A stretch of DNA of 64,000 nt from Abditibacteriaceae bacterium (lineage in GTDB: Bacteria; Armatimonadota; Abditibacteriia; Abditibacteriales; Abditibacteriaceae). The notes below the pieces were generated by a model. It worked only from the letters and a program-made list of their open reading frames with translations. It did no database searches and was not told the DNA's origin. Below are positions 58,726 through 64,000 of the stretch, piece after piece; position 1 is the stretch's first letter; the number at the start of each line of letters is the position of its first letter. Position numbers and translations under genes: made by a program. The DNA lies in NCBI GenBank assembly GCA_965277285.1, contig OZ255721.1:832001-896000 (forward strand), given 5' to 3'.

Positions 58726-60654
58726 TCAAGAACCTTGCGGATTTTCAACCTCATCTTTCAACTTCTTCAGCAAATCTTCGCGCGTGAAGGCGCCCAAATC
58801 GTGGCGGCCTCTGCCGCGCAAAGAAACGCCGCCGCTTTCGACTTCCTTGTCGCCAATCACCAGCATATAAGGAATCTTCTGCGTTTCGGCGACCGCGATT
58901 TTCGCCCCGACTTTTTCGTTGCTTGCGTTCGTCTCGACGCGAAAACCCGCCGCTTCCAGTTCGCTCGCCAACTGTTTCGAGTACTCGATATGGCGATCCG
59001 CAATCGGCAAAACGCTGATTTGAACCGGCGCCAGCCAAAGCGGAAACGCGCCCGCGAAATGCTCGATCAAAACGCCACAGAAGCGTTCAAGAGAACCAAA
59101 CGGCGCGCGATGAATCATCACCGGACGATGCGTTTGCCCGTCGGAACCTGTATATTCCAGGCCGAAGCGTTCGGGCAAAACGTAATCGACCTGCACCGTT
59201 CCCAGTTGCCATTCGCGGCCAATCGCGTCGCGCACGATAAAGTCGAGTTTGGGGCCATAAATCGCGGCTTCGCCTTCTTCGACCGTGTGCTTCAAACCCA
59301 ACTCTTGAACCGCCTGCAACAAGGCGCTTTGCGATTCCTGCCATGCTTCCGTCGAACCGACATATTTGTCCGGCTTGTTCGGGTCGCGCAAACCGACGCG
59401 CGCGCTGTATTCCAATCCCAAACGATTCAAAACCAACAAAATCAATTCGACGTTCGCCTTGAACTCGACACCCAATTGTTCGGGCGCCAGGAACAAATGC
59501 GCGTCGTCCTGCGTGAAGCCGCGAACGCGCGTCAAACCGCCGACTTCGCCCGATTGTTCCCAGCGATAAACGGTGCCGAATTCGGCGTAGCGCAGCGGCA
59601 AATCGCGGTAGCTGCGCTTGTCGCTCTTGTAAATCATGATGTGGAACGGGCAATTGACGGGTTTCAAAACGAATTCGTCGCCGCCTTCGCCGTGCATCAC
59701 GGGAAACATCGAATCGGCATACGCGGTCATGTGACCCGACGTTTTGAACAAATCGGTGCGCGCGATGTGCGGCGTATAAACCGGCAAATAGCCGCGCTTG
59801 ACCAATTCGCCGCGAATGAAATCTTCGAGTACTCGACGCAGCGTGGCGCCTTTGGGCAACCACAACGGCAGCCCGACGCCGACTTCCTGCGAGATGATGA
59901 ACAAGCCCAATTCGCGCCCCAATTTGCGATGGTCGCGCGCTTTGGCCTGTTCCAGTCGCTCCATGTGCGCGTCCAGTTCTTTTTGAGACGGATAACTGGT
60001 GCCGTAAAGCCGCTGCAACTGCTGATTAGCCGCATCGCCACGCCAATACGCGCCCGCGACGCTGAGCAATTTCACGGCTTTGATTTGTCCTGTCGAGCGC
60101 AAATGCGGCCCGCGACAAAGATCAACCCAATCGCCCTGACGATAAAGCGTGACTTTTTCATCAGACGGAATATCTTTGAGGATTTCCAACTTGTAGGTTT
60201 CGCCCAAATCGGCGAACACTTTGTGCGCCTCGTCGCGTGACACTTCTTCGCGCACAATCGGCAGGTCGCGCTTGGCGATTTCGCGCATTTTGTCTTCGAT
60301 TTTCGCCAGATCGTCTTCACCAATCGGCGCCATATCGATGTCGTAATAAAAGCGATCTTCCAGCGGCGGGCCGACTGTCAGTTTCGCTTCGGGATACAGC
60401 TCTTTGACCGCCTGCGCCATCAAATGAGTACTCGAATGACGATAAACCTCGCGCCCTTCCGCATCGTTGAAAGTAAGAATGCGCAGGGTGCAATCGCCAG
60501 GCAGCGGACGATTGAGGTCGAACGGTTCATCGTTGACTAAGGCGCCAACTGCGGCTTGCGCCAAACGTGAACCGATATTTTGTGCGACATCATACGGCGA
60601 GGAACCGTCCGGCATTTCGCGGCTGGAGCCGTCGGGAAAAGAAACTTTGATCAT
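58726..60654 (-). CDS. thrS: threonine--tRNA ligase
   Basis: TGS domain, HSSTH, DLCRGPH, RDHRKLG, KPVNCP.H, RVRGFTQDDAH, HRAPFGSLERF. Confidence 0.98.
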   Translation of the reverse strand: MIKVSFPDGSSREMPDGSSPYDVAQNIGSRLAQAAVGALVNDEPFDLNRPLPGDCTLRILTFNDAEGREVYRHSSTHLMAQAVKELYPEAKLTVGPPLEDRFYYDIDMAPIGEDDLAKIEDKMREIAKRDLPIVREEVSRDEAHKVFADLGETYKLEILKDIPSDEKVTLYRQGDWVDLCRGPHLRSTGQIKAVKLLSVAGAYWRGDAANQQLQRLYGTSYPSQKELDAHMERLEQAKARDHRKLGRELGLFIISQEVGVGLPLWLPKGATLRRVLEDFIRGELVKRGYLPVYTPHIARTDLFKTSGHMTAYADSMFPVMHGEGGDEFVLKPVNCPFHIMIYKSDKRSYRDLPLRYAEFGTVYRWEQSGEVGGLTRVRGFTQDDAHLFLAPEQLGVEFKANVELILLVLNRLGLEYSARVGLRDPNKPDKYVGSTEAWQESQSALLQAVQELGLKHTVEEGEAAIYGPKLDFIVRDAIGREWQLGTVQVDYVLPERFGLEYTGSDGQTHRPVMIHRAPFGSLERFCGVLIEHFAGAFPLWLAPVQISVLPIADRHIEYSKQLASELEAAGFRVETNASNEKVGAKIAVAETQKIPYMLVIGDKEVESGGVSLRGRGRHDLGAFTREDLLKKLKDEVENPQGS

Positions 60655-60723
60655 GAGATTTTTGAAGGGAATTATCGTGTGGAAGCGTGGTAATTTAACT
60701 GCAAAATTGGATTTTCGTCCATG

Positions 60724-60859
60724 CCAGCGAGTGAACTCGCGGCTAGGCGTTGCTTCGCAACGAAGCGTCGGCCTGCGCCGACGCGAAGATAATCAAGGTT
60801 ATCGTCGGCGCAGGCCGACGACACGGCGCAAGCCGCTCAGCCGCGAATTCACTCGCTGG
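60724..60859. repeat. REPIN-like nested hairpin flanking the transposase (left)
   Basis: ccagcgagtgaactcgcggct..cgtcggcctgcgccgacg..cgtcggcgcaggccgacg..agccgcgaattcactcgctgg. Confidence 0.88.
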
Positions 60860-60861
60860 AA

Positions 60862-61257
60862 TTATTCATCGGATTCAAGTTGGTCAATCGTGGAATTGTC
60901 GGCGTGATGCGCTTTTTGCTGGCGAATATATTGGGCGACTTTATGAATATCCCAACGGCTGACGGAAAAGGCCGCGTAAGAACCTCGCCACTTGAAAGCC
61001 GGGTTATCGGGAAATCGATGGTTCATGAAATGCGAAGAAACGCCTTTGAGTTGCTGCATCAGAGTGCTCACGGACTTCGTCGGTGGGAGCGTAAGCAAAA
61101 GATGAACATGATCGGTCATGCCGTTGACAGCCACAATCTGGCAGCCCTGCTTGATTGCCGCATTCGCCAGGCAATCGAACAAAGCGTTTTCGTATTCCGG
61201 TTCGATCAATGGCAGGCGATCCCACGTCGTCCAAATAAGATGGAGATAAACGACCAC
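60862..61257 (-). mobile_element. tnpA: IS200/IS605-family Y1 (HUH) transposase, RAYT-like
   Basis: YLHLIWTT..R, DHVHLL, LKGVSS, W..SY.AFSVS, YI..Q..HH. Confidence 0.9.
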
Positions 61258-61308
61258 TTTATCTTTCTACATCCACCAAGTTTGAACCAAATTTCGCGTC
61301 GGCGCATA

Positions 61309-61443
61309 CCTGCGAGTGAACTCGCGGCTTGGCCCGCTACGCGGGAAGCGTCAGCCTGCGCCGACGTCGGGTGATCAGTCTTTCTTCGTCGGCGCAGGCC
61401 GACGACGCGGCGAAAGCCGCCCAGCCGCGAGTTCACTCGCAGG
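61309..61443. repeat. REPIN-like nested hairpin flanking the transposase (right)
   Basis: cctgcgagtgaactcgcggct..cgtcagcctgcgccgacg..cgtcggcgcaggccgacg..agccgcgagttcactcgcagg. Confidence 0.88.
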
Positions 61444-61467
61444 GCTTCTCTGCTAAACTTTCGCGTT

Positions 61468-62370
61468 ATGACTACTCGATTTCCCGACACCGCAAACAAC
61501 CGCATTGACGCGCTTTTCACGCCCGGACACCCGACGGTTTCGTTCGAGTTTTTCCCGCCCAAAGACGCTGCCGGCGAAGCGCAATTGTTGAACGTTATCA
61601 GCGAATTGAAGCCGCTGCGACCACACTTCGTATCAATCACGCGAACCGGCGGCGGCACTTTGCCAACGATAGATTTGACCCAACGCATTCAAAACGAAAT
61701 CGGTATTTGCGCCATGTCGCATCTAACGTGTGCCGGACATACGCGCGAAGAAATCGGCGCCTTTTTGGACGAATTGTGGGGCAACGGCATTCGCAACGTC
61801 CTGGCTTTGCGCGGCGATCCGCCCGCCGGACAAACCATGTTTCAGGCCACAGCGGGCGGCTTTGAATACGCCAGCGATTTGACCGGATTCGTGCGCGCGC
61901 GCCACGACTTTTGTATCGGAGTCGCCGGTTATCCAGAAACGCATCCGCAAAGTTTGAACGCGACGCGCGATTTGCGCTATCTCAAACAGAAAATTGACGC
62001 GGGCGGCAACTTCGTCATCACGCAATTGTTTTTCAACAACGACGATTTTTATCGTTGGCGCGATGGAGCGCGCGGCCTGGGCATTGACGTTCCAATTGTC
62101 GCTGGGATTATGCCGATTTTAGGCGTTTCGCAAATCAAGCGTTTCGTTTCGATGTGCGGCGCCAAGATTCCCGAAGCGTTGTTGCAGCGTTTGGAAAGCG
62201 TCGAAACCGATCCTCTGGCGGTTCACGCGGCGGGTGTCGAGTACTCGATTCGCCAGTGCGAAGACCTGATGGCCAACGGTGTCGACGGCTTGCATTTTTA
62301 CACACTGAACCGCAGCAAAGCGACGGTTCTGATTTGCCAGGCGCTGGGCTTGAAAAACGGGACGGCTTAG
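61468..62370 (+). CDS. metF: 5,10-methylenetetrahydrofolate reductase
   Basis: SFEFFPPK, HLTC, LALRGDPP, GYPETHP, ITQLFF, GLHFYTLN. Confidence 0.97.
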   Translation: MTTRFPDTANNRIDALFTPGHPTVSFEFFPPKDAAGEAQLLNVISELKPLRPHFVSITRTGGGTLPTIDLTQRIQNEIGICAMSHLTCAGHTREEIGAFLDELWGNGIRNVLALRGDPPAGQTMFQATAGGFEYASDLTGFVRARHDFCIGVAGYPETHPQSLNATRDLRYLKQKIDAGGNFVITQLFFNNDDFYRWRDGARGLGIDVPIVAGIMPILGVSQIKRFVSMCGAKIPEALLQRLESVETDPLAVHAAGVEYSIRQCEDLMANGVDGLHFYTLNRSKATVLICQALGLKNGTA

Positions 62371-62380
62371 TTCTTCCAAG

Positions 62381-62899
62381 ATGAAGATGACGAAGAAAAT
62401 AACGCGGGAACGAATCTCGTCCGAGCAGTTTCACGCTCTTACTCGCCCACTAATTGGCCTGTCTGTTTCACGCACATGGCAAGGTTATGGAACCGCCATA
62501 TTTTTCGAGTTGGGCGACCTGGTAGAACGCAAGCATACGCGAAAAGATGGTTCAACTCGCATCACTCACTGGGGCCAGGCGACGGTTGATTTGGAAATTG
62601 GCTGGCGTGTAGAGCGACTTCGTTCCGTATATTTCGGAAGTTCGAGCGAAGATAAGAGAATTAGCAATTGCCTGAACAAATTACAAGGCCTCGAAGTTGT
62701 TAATGTAACGGTTCAAGGCCGTTTGCCCGAGATAGTTGTTCAGCTTTCAGGCGGCTTCTGGTTGCAATCCTTTTCAACATGGGAAGGACAGCCTGAATGG
62801 GCATTGTTCTTCAACGAAAACGCCGAAACGCGCAGTTGGATAGAGTCCAGGCGCGGCAACATTGTCCTTTGCACTCAAGAAGATGTACCACAATCGTAA
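62381..62899 (+). CDS. hypothetical protein
   Basis: W.GYGTAIFFELG, WR, GRLPEI motifs; lower GC. Confidence 0.65.
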   Translation: MKMTKKITRERISSEQFHALTRPLIGLSVSRTWQGYGTAIFFELGDLVERKHTRKDGSTRITHWGQATVDLEIGWRVERLRSVYFGSSSEDKRISNCLNKLQGLEVVNVTVQGRLPEIVVQLSGGFWLQSFSTWEGQPEWALFFNENAETRSWIESRRGNIVLCTQEDVPQS

Positions 62900-63020
62900 A
62901 GCACAAGCGGCGGCATCTTCGAGTACTCGATGCTCCTTTTTCTTCTTAATTCTCTGCGTCCTTCGCGTCCTCTGCGGTGATTATTTTGTTTTGCGCGCGT
63001 TTGTCCGCTAAAATGAAAGT

Positions 63021-63377
63021 ATGGCATTGCAACCCTCGAAGACGATTGAATCGTTTCCCAACCCACATCCGCAAAACACTTACACCATTCGCTTTCATAC
63101 CGACGAGTTCACGACGCTGTGTCCCCTCACCGGCCAGCCCGATTTCGCGCAAATCACCGTCGAATATGCGCCTGGCGAACGCTGTCTCGAATCGAAGTCG
63201 CTCAAGCAATATCTGTGGAGTTTCCGCGACGAGGGCAACTTCCACGAAGATGTCACCAACATCATTTTGAACGACATGGTGCGCGCCTGCGAACCCCAAT
63301 GGATGACCGTGACAGGCCACTTCAACATTCGCGGCGGCATCGATTTCGTGATTGTTGCCAAACATACGAAAGCATAA
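63021..63377 (+). CDS. queF: preQ0 (7-cyano-7-deazaguanine) reductase
   Basis: EFTTLCPLTGQPDF, ESKSLKQYL, FHE, RGGI. Confidence 0.95.
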   Translation: MALQPSKTIESFPNPHPQNTYTIRFHTDEFTTLCPLTGQPDFAQITVEYAPGERCLESKSLKQYLWSFRDEGNFHEDVTNIILNDMVRACEPQWMTVTGHFNIRGGIDFVIVAKHTKA

Positions 63378-63378
63378 C

Positions 63379-63462
63379 GTAGGGACGCAGATTTCTGCGT
63401 CCGGTGATTCAACCCTACACACAAAACTTACACACACCGGACGCAGAAATCTGCGTCCCTAC
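63379..63462. repeat. GTAG-type REP doublet
   Basis: gtagggacgcagatttctgcgtccg ... cggacgcagaaatctgcgtccctac. Confidence 0.85.
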
Positions 63463-63491
63463 ACATTCGAGTACTCGATTCCCTTTCCCTT

Positions 63492-64000
63492 ATGACATCT
63501 TCCGTTGCTCCGGCTCCTGCAGCCAAATCGCGCTGGCGGCCTTCGCTCGATTGGCTGCTGGTTTTCATCCCGATTTCGTTTGTGCTGCGCTTTGGTTTTC
63601 CCGATCTAAAAACACAGCTTTTCATCACGTCGTGCCTGGCGGTGGTGCCGATTGCGGGTTGGATGGGCAAAGGGACGGAACACCTGGCCGAACACGTCGG
63701 CAGCGGTTTGGGCGCGCTTCTCAGTGCGACTTTTGGCAATGCGGCGGAAATGATTATCGCGTTGATGGCGCTCAGCAAAGGTTTGGGAGACATCGTGAAA
63801 GCGTCCATCACCGGCTCAATTATCGGCAACATTTTGCTGGTTTTTGGATTGTCGATTTTCGCGGGCGGCTTGAAGTATAAAAATCAGAAGTTTCGTCGTT
63901 CCGCCGCGCGCAGTTCTTCGACTTCGCTTTTGCTGGCGGCGATTGCGCTCGTCATTCCGACAGTTTTTCATCATGTCGCCGAGAGTGGCGGCGGTTGGAC
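63492..64000 (+). CDS. cax: Ca2+/H+ antiporter (CAX family), truncated by the window end
   Basis: Manual translation: [39 protein letters not shown]. Confidence 0.92.
   Translation, partial: MTSSVAPAPAAKSRWRPSLDWLLVFIPISFVLRFGFPDLKTQLFITSCLAVVPIAGWMGKGTEHLAEHVGSGLGALLSATFGNAAEMIIALMALSKGLGDIVKASITGSIIGNILLVFGLSIFAGGLKYKNQKFRRSAARSSSTSLLLAAIALVIPTVFHHVAESGGGW

Larger units (their letters stand above)
953..63480. repeat. highly iterated dispersed palindrome (A)TCGAGTACTCGA(T)
   Basis: About 50 perfect 12-mers by eye (e.g. near 955, 2536, 5576, 6349, 13744, 18835, 22185, 28856, 31399, 38949, 44403, 48913, 58256, 63467) plus about 20 one-mismatch variants. Confidence 0.97.

Noticed and set aside
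51277..61272. Genome-wide TAG recoding (pyrrolysine or an alternative code) suggested by two in-frame TAGs
   Set aside because: TAG is the stop at the expected end of metF, the trmH-like gene and mlaF; no pyl genes are seen
63021..63377. queF as part of a 7-deazaguanine DNA modification (dpd) system
   Set aside because: No dpdA/tgt-like or other dpd genes nearby; ordinary queuosine pathway gene
953..63480. Iterated palindrome as a cloning linker or adapter artefact
   Set aside because: Copies keep reading frames intact in conserved genes, occur with degenerate variants, and are integrated into longer natural hairpins; read-level confirmation is still advisable

Overview
Bacterial chromosomal window, moderately high GC. 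It looks like a diderm Terrabacteria lineage, possibly Abditibacteriota/Armatimonadota; this is inferred from gene style and the long MlaD and is unverified. Housekeeping genes (purA, purD, purS/Q/L, purF, mtaD, metH, metF, queF, dnaB with an intein, rplI, thrS, infC-rpmI-rplT, mlaE/F/D-like, tRNA-Lys) are interspersed with accessory genes. Two features stand out. (1) An apparently undescribed RiPP-like locus on the minus strand (28868-33233): three tandem 52-55 aa precursor peptides missing from the ORF track, sharing YEAPR(I/V)ExVLTxExLEREVAYAG followed by a short variable Ser-containing tail, then a PqqD/RRE protein, an HPr-kinase-like P-loop protein and a radical SAM enzyme fused to a nucleotidyltransferase. 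(2) A highly iterated 12-bp palindrome, TCGAGTACTCGA, with about 50 perfect copies plus about 20 near-matches by manual count. It occurs in coding frames and in many intergenic gaps and resembles cyanobacterial HIP1 in behaviour but not in sequence. The window also holds an IS200/RAYT-like Y1 transposase flanked by REPIN-like hairpins, several other REP-like families, a GmrSD-type restriction gene and two disrupted genes. No rRNA or CRISPR array was seen.
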